This document shows, in pieces, positions 48,096 through 60,847 of a DNA stretch of 64,000 bases. Location: the NCBI GenBank assembly GCA_030390025.1, contig JASTWF010000695.1, positions 1 through 64,000 on the forward strand, read 5' to 3'. The notes beneath the pieces are model-generated. The model was not told the origin of the DNA. It made no database searches and saw only the letters and a list, made by a program, of their open reading frames with translations. Positions within the stretch are counted from its first letter, which is position 1, and the number at the start of each line of letters is the position of its first letter. The position numbers were made by a program, and so were the translations under genes. The DNA comes from Squalus acanthias. Taxonomy: Eukaryota.

Positions 48096-49576
48096 AATAT
48101 GAGTCAATGAGGGAAACACGGACGTAAAACCTCATGGGAGATAATTTTGGTCTCAGACCAACTTTACTGATCATTATTAATGATATTATCATTTTATTAC
48201 ATATAAAGAAGATTGAATCCGCTCACTTTCTGATGTGCTGCAGCACTTTACCCAGCACGGAAGTATTCGGAACAGGATTGAGTGATTGAACACCGACAAT
48301 CAGATGGATTCAATCCCAGTTAATGCCTTTCCCAAGAGCGGTTCATACTGGAGCGGCGCTCACTGTTTTAAATTGACTTCACCGATATAGAGAGGAGAAT
48401 GTGAGATCCATGAACACTCCGAGCCGGGAGATTCCCGAGTCGGGCCGGTCACCATTCCCGCTGGCGGTCGGCACCAGCCGGGCTAGAGCTGGACCGATAA
48501 CCCCATTGGGACAGGCCCGGAGCAGCAACAGGTCACCTCACACATTAGAGCAGCAGTTGCTTTAAATTATAACATATTAAGGTAATTATATGTAACACGT
48601 TAAAATGAAATCATTCTCCTTTCCGGATAAATACCGTGATTGTTATTCACCCGGTAGAATTCCCTTCGTCCCTTACACGCATTAAAGCTGGAGCTTAACA
48701 TCAGTGATCGGCCCCAGAATGGTTCCAGTGGTTCCCCCGGTACTGCAGCTATAATGATCTCACTCTGAACAGAGTTTCAGTCTTTGGTTTATTCACTTTA
48801 ACAGCGTCCCCGAAACTTCCTCGCCCTGGACTATACAGGGGTAGAGAGCCGATCCACGGACAATTCCCCTTTAGTTGGCGGCCTATATGACTGGGTCTGG
48901 TGAAAAAGGAGACGCAGACAAAACTGTCGCTCAGGCCCATTTGTGTTTCCCGATATCACATCTGATACCTTCTGCCTCTAATGTAAAATATCCGCAAAAG
49001 AACAACGGGATTTACAAACAGCGTCGACAGCGGGGGAGGAGGAGCCTTTCTTTCTTTTTCTCTCCCACAGAGCGGTCGGCAGCGGGGAAGGAGGGGCGGA
49101 CCTGGTTGGAGCGGCAGAGGCCTGAGGTGAGTCATTAAAGGGAGGCCCGAGGCTCAGGTAGGCCTCAGACCAGCGTCGACAGCGGGGGAGGAGGAGCCTT
49201 TCTTTCTTTCTCTCTCCCACAGAGCGGTCGGCAGCGGGGAAGGAGGGGCGGACCTGGTTGGAGCGGCAGAGGCCTGAGGTGAGTCATTAAACTCACCTAC
49301 GTGGCCTTTTTCCCCAGCGGGGAAAGAGCTTCGCGGGCTTTTTCAAAGGCAGGGGGCGGGGCCAATTCATTGGTACCCGTATATAGGTGGAGCGGTTGCT
49401 AAACCCGAGACACTACACTAGTAGTGACTCCCACCCTCCCACCTCCTCTAACCTTTAGGGGTAGAGGGAATTTAAAAGGTAGGTTCGATTTTATATTTTG
49501 TTTTCAGGGACTTAACTCCTGGACCTAAGATAAATAAGTTTAAATTTTAGTAATAAAGTAACATAAGGGTTAAGTC

Positions 49577-50521
49577 ATGACAGGAAGTCTCGGACCCGTT
49601 TCATGCTCCTCCTGTGCCATGTGGGAAACCAGGGACACTTCCAGTGTCCCTGACAACTACGTGTGCGGGAAGTGTGTCCAGCTGCAGCTCCTGACAGCCC
49701 GCATGGCGGTGCTGGAGCTGCGGGTGGACTCACTCTGGAGCATGCACGATGCCGAGAACTCGGTGAATCGCTCATTTAGTGAGTTGTCCACACCGCAGGT
49801 AAAGGCTAGGACAGACAGTGAATGGGTGACCAAGAAGCAGGGCAATATCAGGAAGGTAGTGCAGGAGTCCCCTGTGGTCATCTCCCTCCAAAACAGGTAT
49901 GCCGCTTTGGATACTGTTGGGGGAGATGGCCTACCAGAGGAAGGCACTAGCAGCCAGGTTCATGGCACCATGGCTGGCTCTGCTGCACAGCAGGGCGGGA
50001 AAAAGAGTGGTAGGGCTATAGTGATAGGGGACTCAATTGTAAGGGGAATAGACAGGAGTTTCTGTGGCCGCAACCGAGATTCCAGGATGGTATGTTGCCT
50101 CCCTGGTGCAAGGGTCAAGGATGTCTCGGAGCGGCTGCAGAACATTCTGAAGAGGGAGGGTGAACAGCCAGCTGTCGTGGTGCATGTAGGTACCAACGAT
50201 ATAGGTAAAAAGCGGGAAGAGGTCCTACAAGCAGAATTTAGGGAGCTAGGAGCTAAATTAAAAAGTAGGACCTCTAAGATAGTAATCTCTGGATTGCTAC
50301 CAGGGCCACGTGCTAATCAGAATAGAGAGAACAGGATAGTGAGATTGAATACGTGGCTTGAGCAGTGGTGCAGGAGGGAGGGATTCAAATTCCTGAGGCA
50401 TTGGAACCAGTTCTGGGGGAAGTGGGACCTGTACAAAAGGGACGGTCTGCACTTGGGCAGGACTGGAACCGATGTCCTCGGGGTAATATTTGCTAAAGCA
50501 GTTCGGGAGGATTTAAACTAA
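49577..50521 (+). CDS. CR1 ORF1p (Zn finger/coiled coil plus SGNH esterase-like domain)
   Basis: CSSC..CGKC, VIGDSIVR, HVGTND, DGLHL. Confidence 0.92.
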   Translation: MTGSLGPVSCSSCAMWETRDTSSVPDNYVCGKCVQLQLLTARMAVLELRVDSLWSMHDAENSVNRSFSELSTPQVKARTDSEWVTKKQGNIRKVVQESPVVISLQNRYAALDTVGGDGLPEEGTSSQVHGTMAGSAAQQGGKKSGRAIVIGDSIVRGIDRSFCGRNRDSRMVCCLPGARVKDVSERLQNILKREGEQPAVVVHVGTNDIGKKREEVLQAEFRELGAKLKSRTSKIVISGLLPGPRANQNRENRIVRLNTWLEQWCRREGFKFLRHWNQFWGKWDLYKRDGLHLGRTGTDVLGVIFAKAVREDLN

Positions 50522-50568
50522 TATGGCAGGGGAATGGGAACCTATGTAGCGAAACAGGGGGAAGTAAT

Positions 50569-53505
50569 ATGCAGTCAGAAACAAATGTTAGAAGGGTGAG
50601 AAACAATAGGGGAAGGCCGAGTAAACAAAGGCAAGAAACACAAAGGGCCATACTAAATCATAAGTCTAAAAGGACAAAGGATGTTAATAAAACAAGCCTA
50701 AAGGCTCTGTGTCTTAATGCAAGGAGTATCCGTAATAAGGTGGATGAATTGACTGTGCAAATAGATGTTAACGGATACGATGTGATTGGGATTACAGAGA
50801 CGTGGCTCCAGAACAATCAAGGCTGGGAACTGAACATCCAGGGGTATTCAACATTCAGAAAGGATAGAATAAAAGGAAAAGGGGGTGGGGTAGCATTGCT
50901 GGTTAAAGAGGAGATTAATGCAATAGCTAGGAAGGACATCAGCTTGGAGGATGTGGAATCAATATGGGTTGAGCTGCAGAACACCAAAGGGCAGAAAACG
51001 TTAGTGGGAGTTGTGTACAGACCTCCAAACAGCAGTAGTGAGGTGGGGGAGGGTATGAAACAGGAAATCAGAGGTGCGTGCAAAAAAGGCACGGCAGTTA
51101 TCATGGGTGACTTTAATATGCATATAGATTGGGCTACTCAAACTGGAAGCAATACGGTGGAGGAGGATTTCCTGGAGTGTTTAAGGGATGGTTTCCTAAA
51201 CCAATATGTTGAGGAACCAACTCGAGGGGAGGCCATCCTGGACTGGGTGTTGTGTAATGAGGAGGGACTAATCAGCAATCTTGTGGTACGAGGCCCCCTG
51301 GGGAAGAGTGACCATAGTATGGTGGAGTTCTACATTAGGATGGAGAAGGAAACAGTTAAGTCAGAGACCATGGTCCAGAACTTAAATAAGGGCAACTTTG
51401 AGGGTATGAGGCGTGAATTGGCGAGGTTAAATTGGCAAGCGATATTTAAGGGGCTATCAGTGGAAGGGCAATGGCAGACATTTAGAGATCGCATGGATGA
51501 ACTACAACAATTGTACATCCCGGTCTGGCATAAAAATAAAAAAGGGAAGGTGGCTCAACCATGGCTAACAAGGGAAATCAGGGATAGTATTAAAACCAAG
51601 GAAGTTGCATACAAATTGGCCAGAAGTAGCAGCAAACCCGGGGACTGGGAGAACTTCAAAACTCAGCAGAGGAGGACAAAGGGTTTGATTAGGGCAGGGA
51701 AAATAAAATATGAAAGGAAGCTTGCAGAGAACATTAAAATGGACTGCAAAAGCTTCTATAAATATGTAAAAAGAAAGAGGTTAGTAAAAACAAATGTAGG
51801 TCCCCTGCAGTCGGAAACAGGGGAAGTCGTAATGGGGAACAAGGAAATGGCAGATCAATTGAACAAGTACTTTGGTTCGGTGTTTACTGTGGAGGACACA
51901 CACAACCTGCCGGAAATAAAAGGGGTCAGAGGATCTGGTAAGAGGGAGGAGCTAAGGGAAATCCTTATTAGTCGGGAAAAGGTATTGGGGAAATTGATGG
52001 GACTGAAGGCTGAAAAATCCCCGGGGCCTGATGGTCTGCATCCCAGAGTACTTAAGGAGGTGGCCTTGGAAATAGTGGATGCATTGACGATCATTTTCCA
52101 ACATTCCTTAGACTCTGGATCAGTTCCGATGGAGTGGAGGGTGGCCAATGTAACCCCTCTTTTTAAAAAAGGAGGGAGGGAGAAAGCAGGGAATTATAGA
52201 CCGGTCAGCCTGACATCGGTCGTGGGTAAAATGATGGAAGCAATTATTAAAGATGTCATAACAGACCATTTGGAAAGTGGCGACATGATAGGTCCAAGTC
52301 AGCATGGATTTGTGAAAGGGAAATCATGCTTGACAAATCTTCTGGAATTTTTTGAGGATGTTTCCAATAGGGTGGACAGGGGGGAACCAGTAGATGTGGT
52401 GTATTTGGACTTTCAGAAGGCCTTCGACAAGGTCCCACACAAGAGATTGGTGAGCAAAGTTAAAGCACATGGGATTGGGGGTAATGTGTTGACGTGGATT
52501 GAGAACTGGTTGGCACACAGGAAACAAAGAGTAGGAGTAAATGGGTACTTTTCAGAATGGCAGGCAGTGACCAGCGGGGTACCGCAGGGTTCGGTGCTGG
52601 GACCCCAGCTGTTTACATTATATATTAATGATTTGGACGAAGGGATTAAATGTAATATCTCCAAATTTGCGGATGACACTAAATTGGGAGGCAGTGTGAA
52701 CAATGAGGAGGATGCTAGGAGGCTACAGAGCGACTTGGACAGGTTGGGTGAATGGGCAAATGTATGGCAGATGAAGTACAATGTGGATAAATGTGAGGTT
52801 ATCCACTTTGGTGGTAAAAATAGAGAGGCGGACTATTACCTGAATGGTGGCAGATTAGGGAAAGGGGACGTGCAACGAGACCTGGGCGTCATGGTACATC
52901 AGTCACTGAAGGTGGGAATGCAAGTGCAGCAGGCAGTCAAGAAAGCAAACGGAATGATGGCCTTCATAGCAAGGGGATTTGAGTACAGGAGTAGGGAGGT
53001 GATGCTACAGTTGTACAGGGCCTTGGTGAGGCCACACCTGGAGTATTGTGCGCAGTTTTGGTCTCCTAACTTAAGGAAGGACATTCTTGCTATTGAGGGA
53101 GTGCAGCGAAGGTTCACTAGATTGATTCCTGGGATGGCCGGACTGACATATCAAGAAAGATTGGGTCAACTGAACTTGTATCCTCTGGAGTTCAGAAGAA
53201 TGAGGGGGGATCTTATAGAGACATTTAAAATCCTGACTGGTTTAGACAAATTAGATGCGGGCAGAATGTTCCCAATGGTAGGGAAAACTAGAACCAGGGG
53301 TCACAGTCTAAGGATTAAGGGGAAGCCATTTAGGACTGAGCTGAGGAGGAACTTCTTCACCCAGAGAGTGGTGAATCTATGGAATTCTCTTCCACAGAAG
53401 GTTGTTGAGGCCAGTTCGCTAAATATATTCAAAAGGGAGTTAGATGTAACACTCACAACTAAGGGGATCAAGGGGTATGGCGAGAAAGCAGGAATGGGGT
53501 ACTGA
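50569..53505 (+). CDS. CR1 ORF2p (APE endonuclease plus reverse transcriptase)
   Basis: LNARSI, ITETWL, MGDFN, SDH; YLDFQKAFDKV, PQGSVLGP, FADD; 978 aa uninterrupted. Confidence 0.95.
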   Translation: MQSETNVRRVRNNRGRPSKQRQETQRAILNHKSKRTKDVNKTSLKALCLNARSIRNKVDELTVQIDVNGYDVIGITETWLQNNQGWELNIQGYSTFRKDRIKGKGGGVALLVKEEINAIARKDISLEDVESIWVELQNTKGQKTLVGVVYRPPNSSSEVGEGMKQEIRGACKKGTAVIMGDFNMHIDWATQTGSNTVEEDFLECLRDGFLNQYVEEPTRGEAILDWVLCNEEGLISNLVVRGPLGKSDHSMVEFYIRMEKETVKSETMVQNLNKGNFEGMRRELARLNWQAIFKGLSVEGQWQTFRDRMDELQQLYIPVWHKNKKGKVAQPWLTREIRDSIKTKEVAYKLARSSSKPGDWENFKTQQRRTKGLIRAGKIKYERKLAENIKMDCKSFYKYVKRKRLVKTNVGPLQSETGEVVMGNKEMADQLNKYFGSVFTVEDTHNLPEIKGVRGSGKREELREILISREKVLGKLMGLKAEKSPGPDGLHPRVLKEVALEIVDALTIIFQHSLDSGSVPMEWRVANVTPLFKKGGREKAGNYRPVSLTSVVGKMMEAIIKDVITDHLESGDMIGPSQHGFVKGKSCLTNLLEFFEDVSNRVDRGEPVDVVYLDFQKAFDKVPHKRLVSKVKAHGIGGNVLTWIENWLAHRKQRVGVNGYFSEWQAVTSGVPQGSVLGPQLFTLYINDLDEGIKCNISKFADDTKLGGSVNNEEDARRLQSDLDRLGEWANVWQMKYNVDKCEVIHFGGKNREADYYLNGGRLGKGDVQRDLGVMVHQSLKVGMQVQQAVKKANGMMAFIARGFEYRSREVMLQLYRALVRPHLEYCAQFWSPNLRKDILAIEGVQRRFTRLIPGMAGLTYQERLGQLNLYPLEFRRMRGDLIETFKILTGLDKLDAGRMFPMVGKTRTRGHSLRIKGKPFRTELRRNFFTQRVVNLWNSLPQKVVEASSLNIFKRELDVTLTTKGIKGYGEKAGMGY

Positions 53506-53709
53506 GGTAGCACGTTCAGCCATGAACGCATTGAATGGCGGTGCAGGCTCGAAGGACCGAATGGTCTACTCCTGTACCTATTTTCTATGTTTCTATGTTT
53601 CTATGAATGAAACTCGCTTTCACACAACTGTTCAATCTCCCGAATATAAAGAAAAGCGGAACAAGAGGCTCCAACCCCAGTGACCCTTTCGAGTCAATAC
53701 TAAATGTGA

Positions 53710-56700
53710 TGTTGTGGCAGATCGCCACCTAAACGGGCGCAATTCACTTTTCCGTCCGTGGACAATAAATCAGGCACCTTGCCTTTCAGGCAGAAGAAAA
53801 GAAGTGGGCGGGGCCTCTGGATTTTGGAGAGAAATGTGGCTGCAGCCATTTTCACCAGAGTTGTGATTAAAAGCTATGTGTTTCACATGTTGACTCGGCC
53901 TCAATTCGTGCTCCACGGCAGCCACAACATTGGTGACCCCGACGCTCAGAACGTATTCCGAGCACTGCAATGGCGGACACAAACGCAGTTTCCGTGAAAC
54001 TGCCGGAGTTTTGGTAAAACCAGCCCGAAGCCTGGTTTCTCCAAGCCGAGTACCGATTCCGGCTGCAACAAATCACCACAGATGGGACGAAGTACGACTT
54101 CCTCGTCACATCACTCGGTAGCCCCACAGTTACAAAGGTCTGGACAGCGCTGCAGAACCCACCAGAAGGGGGCAAGTATGCACATTTTAAGGCCGTGCTC
54201 CTCAAAAAATTTACGGCCTCGACATACCAGTGCAACTGCCACCTCCTCAACCTTCCAGGCCTCGGTGATGCCTCACCGTCAGACCTCCTCTTCCACATGC
54301 TCTCCCTCACCGACGAGAGCCCACCCGGATCCCTCTTCCGCACGCTGTTCATCCGCCAGCTACCTCTCAGCATCCACCCAGCGATCGTGGCGTCCGGCCT
54401 CACGGAACTGGAAGCCCTGGCCGATGAGGCCGACAAGCTGCTGTCCGCTCACTCCAGCCGCGACGTCACTCCGGACCTGGCAGCCACTGCCTTGGGCGTG
54501 CCCCTCACCGGCCACCACGCGGCCACAAGGGCCTGCCACCGGGCTCACGGGGCCTTCGTGCCCCACTAACCCGGGCCACTGTTACTACCACGCACGGTTC
54601 GACGCCAGGGCACAACGGTGCACACCTCCCTCCTCTTTCAAGTCTGCCCCCGTACCAGCCCCCGCGATGGCCGTGGGCCACGCAGGCTCCCTGCTGTACG
54701 TCACGGATGACAAAACCGGCCGCCGGTTCCTGTGCGACACTGGAGCTCAGCACAGCATCATCCCGGCTCCTCCCTCGACATTCAAAAGGGCAAACGAGGA
54801 CCGGCGCTGGCTGCTGCTAACGGCTCGGACATCCCGACGTACGGCACCCGCATAGTCACCCTCGACCTCGCTGGTCGCCACTACCGATGGGAGTTCATCA
54901 CTGCCAAGGTGCTCTCCCCTCTCATCGGAGCAGATTTCCTGTGCACCCACGGCCTACTGGTCGACATCCCTCGTCACCGCCTCGTGGACATGAACACCAT
55001 GTCCCCCATCCTGGGCGCCATGGCCCCCCGTCAACCCGCCGACATGGCGTCACAGTGCCACGCCCGAGCCACGGATGACTACTCGGCACTCCTGGCCGAA
55101 TTCCCGGCCCTTACCAATCCGACCTTCTCCGCGGAGGCCGCCAAACACGGGGTGGAACACTTCATCCCCACCACAGGCCCCCCAGTGTACGCCCATGCCC
55201 GGAGGCTGGACCCGGCCAAACTGGACATCGCGCGGACCGAGTTTGCCACCATGGAACAGCTCGGCATCATCCGCCGCTCCAACAGTCCCTGGGCCTCCCC
55301 ACCCCACATCGCCCCCAAACCAGACGGGGGTTGGCGCCCCTGCGGGGATTACCGCCGGCTCAACCACGCCACCACCCCTGATCGGTACCCCGTGCCGCAC
55401 ATCCAGGACTTCTCGGCTAGACTGGCCGGCCTCTCAGTCTTTTCCAAGGTCGACCAGGTGCGCGGCTACCACCAAGTCCCCGTCTACCCCGCGGACGTCC
55501 CCAAGATGGCCATAATCACCCCCTTCGGCCTTTTCGAGTTCCTGCGGATGCCCTTTGGCCTCAAAAACGCAGCCCAGGCATTCCAACGGCACATGGACTC
55601 AGTCCTTCGGGACCTGAAGTTCCTGTTCGTCTACCTGGACGACATCCTGGTAGCCAGTTCCTCCAAGCAGGAACACCTCGAGCACCTTCGCATCCTGTTC
55701 GGGCGCCTCAGCGACCACGGGCTCATCCTCAGCCCAGCCAAATGCCAGTTCGGCCTGGACAAGATCGACTTCCTCGGCCACCACATCACCCATGCTGGGG
55801 CCATTCCCCTGCCCACCAAGGGGCAGGCCGTCCAACAATTTCCCCGCCCCACCACCAAAGGCCTTCAGGAGTTCCTCGGGATGGTGAATTTCTACAACCG
55901 CTTCATCCCCAAAGCGGCGTCCCTCATGAGGCCCCTGTATGAAGCCCTCCGGGGCATGAGCGGCAAGATGGCAGTCGAATGGATGGCAGACACGTCAGCC
56001 GCCTTCGACTCCACCAAGACCGCGCTCACCAACGCCACCCTGCTCGCGCACCCACGGCCCAATGCCAGGGTAGTGCTCATCACGGACGCCTCTGACCACG
56101 CGGTCGGCGCCGTGTATGAGCAGTGGGTCGATGGTGCCTGGCAACCACTTGCCTTCTTCAGCTGCCAACTACGCCCCCCGGAGGTCAAGTACAGCAGCTT
56201 CGACCGCGAGCTCTTCGTGTTGTTCCTGGCGGTCCACCATTTTCGGTTTTTGCTGGAGGGCCACCCCTTCACTGCGTTTCTCGACCACAAACCCAACATT
56301 CGCAGTGGCAAAGACAACCGACCCCTGGTCCACCAGGCAGCAGCGCCAGCTCGCGGCAGTGTCCGAGTTCACCACGGACATCCAACACGTCTCCGGCCGA
56401 GACAATGTGGTAGCCGACTGCCTCTCCCGCCCCGCCATCCATGCCGCACACCTGGCAGTCGACTACACTCAACTCGCAGCAGACCAGATCACCGACCCTG
56501 ATCTGCTCTCCGCACCTACCAACCTACCAGGGCTACGCCTGGCCGACATCGCCTGAGGCCCGACCGCAGTCACGGTCAAGTGCGACATATCCCTATGTCA
56601 ACCTCGGCCCGTCGTCCCAGCTTCCTGGCGCCACCGGGTATTCGAGATTCTTCACAACCTCTCCCACCCACACGCATCCATCAAATTGGTAGCCAACCGC

Positions 56701-57919
56701 TTTTTCTGGCGCAGCCTTCACAAGGATGTGCATACTTGGGCCAACTCCTGCCTAGCCTGCCAACGGGCCAAGGTGCAGCAACACACGAAAGCACCCCTCG
56801 AGGAGTTTACCATCCCTTCGCGTAGATTCGACCACATCCACGTGGACATCGTCGGGCCCCTGCTGCCGTCGCAAGGCCACACGCACTTGCTGACGATCGT
56901 TGACCGCACCACACGCTGGCCTGAGGCAATTCCACTGACCTCTACCACCGCCACCGACATCGCCAGAGCCTTCGTCAGCACCTGGGTCACACGGTTCGGC
57001 GTCCCCTCCGACATGACAATTTACCTCTGAACTCTGGACCAGCGTCGCACGCAATCTCGGGGTGACCATTCACCGCACCACAGCGTACCACCCCCAAGCT
57101 AACGGACTGTGTGAGCAGTTCCACAGATCCTTGAAGGCATCTCTTCGAGCCAGCCTCCAGGACGGTGCCTGGACCGACCGACTCCCATGGGTCCTCCTCG
57201 GCCTGGATACCGTGGTTAAAGAAGACCTCCATGCATCAGCAGCAGAGCTCATGTACGGCCAGCCACTGCGCGTACCCGGCGAGTTCCTGCCCACCGCCAC
57301 GGCACCCTGGTCAGCCGACCAGCAACGACACGACTTCGCCTCACCGGCGCTACAGTTTGCCCCGGTGCCCATTGCCCAACACGGCAAATCCACCTCATAC
57401 GTCCCACTAAGCCTGCACCAGGCACGGTTCGTTTTCGTCCGGCACGACGCCCACCGTGGACCCCTTCAACCCCCGTACGACGGGCCCTACAAGGTGCTAC
57501 AGGCTGGGGACAAATTTTTCACCCTGCAACTGGGCGACTGGACCGAAAAAGTGTCGGTTGATCAACTCAAACCAGTTCACCCAGCTGCTCCACGCCCGGC
57601 CGTTCCACGTTCCCCGGCGTCCTACAAGAGCCACCCCGGCCAGCCCATCAGACCACCGCACCATCTCATCCACACCTCCTAAGCGGATTCTGTGGGGAGC
57701 TGTGTGGCGGATCGCCACCTAGACAGGCGCAATCCACATTTCCGTCCTTGGACAATAAATCGGACACCTTGCCTTGAAGGCAGGAGAAAAGCAGTGGGCG
57801 GGGCCTCTGGGTTTTGGAGAGAAATGTGGCTGCAGCCATTTTGACCAGAGTTGTGATTAAAAGCTATGTGTTTCACATGTTGACTCGGCCTCAATTCGTG
57901 CTCCGCGGCAGCCACAACA
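53710..57919 (+). mobile_element. Ty3/Gypsy LTR retrotransposon, complete but frameshifted
   Basis: LTRs 53710-53929 and about 57701-57919; flanking ATGTGA duplication; PBS TGGTGACCCCGACG complementary to tRNA-Trp; gag VKLPEFW*NQPEAWF, protease FLCDTGA, RT YLDD, RNase H TDAS, integrase HVDIVGP and GPY. Confidence 0.93.
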
Positions 57920-58644
57920 ATGTGATAATTAGGACAGCTCCATACAAAGAAAGGGAACGTAGTGAGGGAGAATAAAACAAGAATTCCGGCTCCTCAGAAA
58001 TTTGGAGACACTGTGACAGGTAAGGACACCAACAGACTCATTTGGAGCCGGACACTGCAGTGCTGGAGTGTCAGAGACACAGAGCAGAATGGCGGAGGGG
58101 CAACTGAGAGACCAATGGTTCCAGTAAACCAGTGTTAAGAAGTAAACAGAGGTCGAGATAGGGATTACAAACGCTCCCCCTGACAAACAGACTCTATTGA
58201 CCTGACCACAGAGAGTGTCGATGCATTTTGACAGAACCAAGGGTTCAGGACCTCTTGTGTCCAAGTGTTCCACTGGAGTTTATCCAGCGGACCGGGGCCG
58301 TTTTCCAGTACAGAGCACTGGGAGGGCTCTTCAGGCTACAGGTAATGCCTCCAGCGCAGTCCCCAGAGTCTCAGAGTTTCCCATTTAGACATAAGATTTG
58401 CCCAAAAGCTGCATCGAAACTTGGTCGTGGATCTTGCACATGGAGCAGAGGGACTGCTTCTACTGCATGTCTCGGAGTTCAAAACAATGAAGTAGAACAT
58501 GCAGCACACCTGTATGATTCTGCCACTTTCCTGCCGCACTCTCTCATCCCATTCGATCTGCCCAGCACAGTTTATTTTTCTCATAAACACTTTAATGTCG
58601 GTGTATGTCTGCCATATGGCATTAAATGCACGTGAAGAGAAAAC

Positions 58645-59361
58645 CCATAGAAACATAGAAGATAGGAGCAGGAGTAGACCATTCGGCCCCTCGAGCCTGC
58701 TCCGCCATTCGATGAGATCATGGCTGATCATCCAAACTCAGTACCCTGTACCTGCCTTCTCCCCAAATCCCTTCATACCTTTAGCTTTAAGAACTATATC
58801 TAACTCATTCTTGAATATATTTAATGACTTGGCCTCAACTACCTTCTGTGGTAGAGAATTCCACAGGTTCACCACTCTCTGGGTGAAGAAATTCTTCCTC
58901 ATTTCTCTCCTAAATGGCTTACCCCTTATCCTTAGATTATGACCCCTGGTTCTGGACTCTCCGAGCATCGGTAACATTCTTCCTGCATCTAGTTTGTCCA
59001 GACCTGTCAGAATTTTATATGTTTCGATGAGATCCCCTCTCATTCTTCTATACTCCAGCGAGTATAAGCCCAATCGACCCAATCGCTCCTCATATGTCAT
59101 TCCTGCCATCCCAGGTATCAGCCTTGTGAATCTTCGCTGAACTCCTTCCATGGCAAGAACATCCTTCCTCAGATAAGGCGACCAAAACTGCACACAGTAC
59201 TCAAGGTGTGGTCTCACCAAGGCCCTGTACAACTGCAGCAGGACATCCCTGTTCCTATACTCAAACCCTTTCGCTATGAAGGCCAACATATCATTTGCCT
59301 TCTTCACCGCCTGCTGCACCTGCATGCTTACCTTCAGCGACTGGTGCACAAGGACACCCAT
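58645..59361 (-). mobile_element. CR1 3' fragment (same family as the intact copy)
   Basis: ORF 58738..59361 closely matches the ORF2 C-terminus; tail present. Confidence 0.92.
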
Positions 59362-59499
59362 GAAATGGCTTTCCCAGTCTGTCTCCTTCTTTTACCTTTC
59401 CCTGAAATCGGACACTACCGGTTGTGCCACTCTGTCCTGATCTTATTAAATCCTCCTGCACCTTTACCCCCCTTATCACCCTGCCTGCTCCAGATTCTC

Positions 59500-60000
59500 T
59501 GTTTCCGTCTTTCTATTGTCTTGTGGTCTCTCTCTCTCTCTCCATTAGTTTGATTGGTGTACTGTTTGTCATCCACTCCAGTATATTTTTTTCACTGGCA
59601 TCCTCTCTCTCTATCTGTCCGTCTCTCTGTCCATCTCTCTCTCCATCTCTCTGTCCATCTCTCTATTCCTCTGATTAGGGTACAGGTTTCTCACGTGCTC
59701 CAGTTCATTGGTTTCACTCTCCTCTCTCTGTTTCTATATCTCTCCTTTTCTCTCTGTCTCTCTTGCTCTCTCTGCATTTTAACATTTTTCTCTCTCTGTC
59801 TCTTTCTCTCTAATGTTCTCTCCATGCCTTTGATTCTTGTACAGGGCTGCCTCATGCTGTAGTTAATTGCGTTCACTCTCCTCATCTCTGTGTGTGTCTC
59901 TGTCTGCATTTCTCTCTCTGCCTGTGTCTCTCTATATCTATCCGTCCCTGTCTGTCTGTCTCTCTCTCCATCCCTCTGATAAAAGTACAGTGTCACTACA
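59500..60000. repeat. CT-rich low-complexity / microsatellite tract
   Basis: (ct)n and ctctgtccat repeats. Confidence 0.85.
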
Positions 60001-60847
60001 TGCTCTAGATCAAAGCTTTCATTCTCCTCTCTGTGTCAATCTCCAGTCCCACTCACTCCCACCGCTCACTGTTTCTCACATATACACTGTTCTACCTTCG
60101 AACGGTGGAACTGCAGCTCCGGGAAGTTCAGGCTCCAATAGTTAAACCAGTATGTCGAGCTGTTTTTATTCCTGTTTAAATAGGTTCATGTTTATCTAAA
60201 TACTCTTACGTGAGTTTCGCCGATGGGCAGTTCTACTCAGATATTGTTTTGGTAAAACATATGGTCGATTCGCATTGTTTAATTAAGGCTAAATAATTAC
60301 ATTAATTTTTTTCTTAGATAATACATAACCGCAACTTATAATGCTGGTTCATTACATCTATTTCTCCATACAATAAGCGAGTACTGAAACGTCTATATTT
60401 CCTGTTGTGTTGAAAAGACTGAGAGGCGCATGACTGTGAATGTAGTTCCCAACAGTGAGTCCTGTGGTGTCCGCTCATTTATTAAAGGGTTTATGAAAAA
60501 TACTTGTATAAGTATCTATTCTGGGAACAGGTCCGGTAGAGTCTCATCATTAGATTTAGTTATTCTTCTGTGTCTAATGGGGCCCGCTGATTATCTGGGC
60601 CTATCCATCTGAAATCTAACTGTGAGTCTTGTCATTTAATACAGTCTGAATCCACCACAGGTCGCCAATGTTTTGCGATCATGTTTCATCTTCAGTTTAG
60701 GCAAACGGAATTATACTATTGACCTGTAACAATAAATGGAATAAAACAAGAACAATACAGGGCCTTTAACATAGTAAAACGTCCCATGGCGCTTCACAGG
60801 AGCGTTATCAAACAAAAATTAACACCGAGCCACATAAGGAGATAAAT

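Larger units (their letters stand above)
49019..53605 (+). mobile_element. Full-length, apparently intact CR1 LINE
   Basis: 5'UTR with tandem 152-nt units, open ORF1 and ORF2, 3' tail (tttctatg)n. Confidence 0.95.

Noticed and set aside
54082-57722. Many overlapping alternative-frame ORFs
   Set aside because: By-products of GC-rich Gypsy gag-pol sequence.
58000-58030. cactgtg heptamer as V(D)J RSS, and a gacag|gtaagg donor
   Set aside because: No nonamer at 12/23 spacing, no V/J segment and no partner exon seen.
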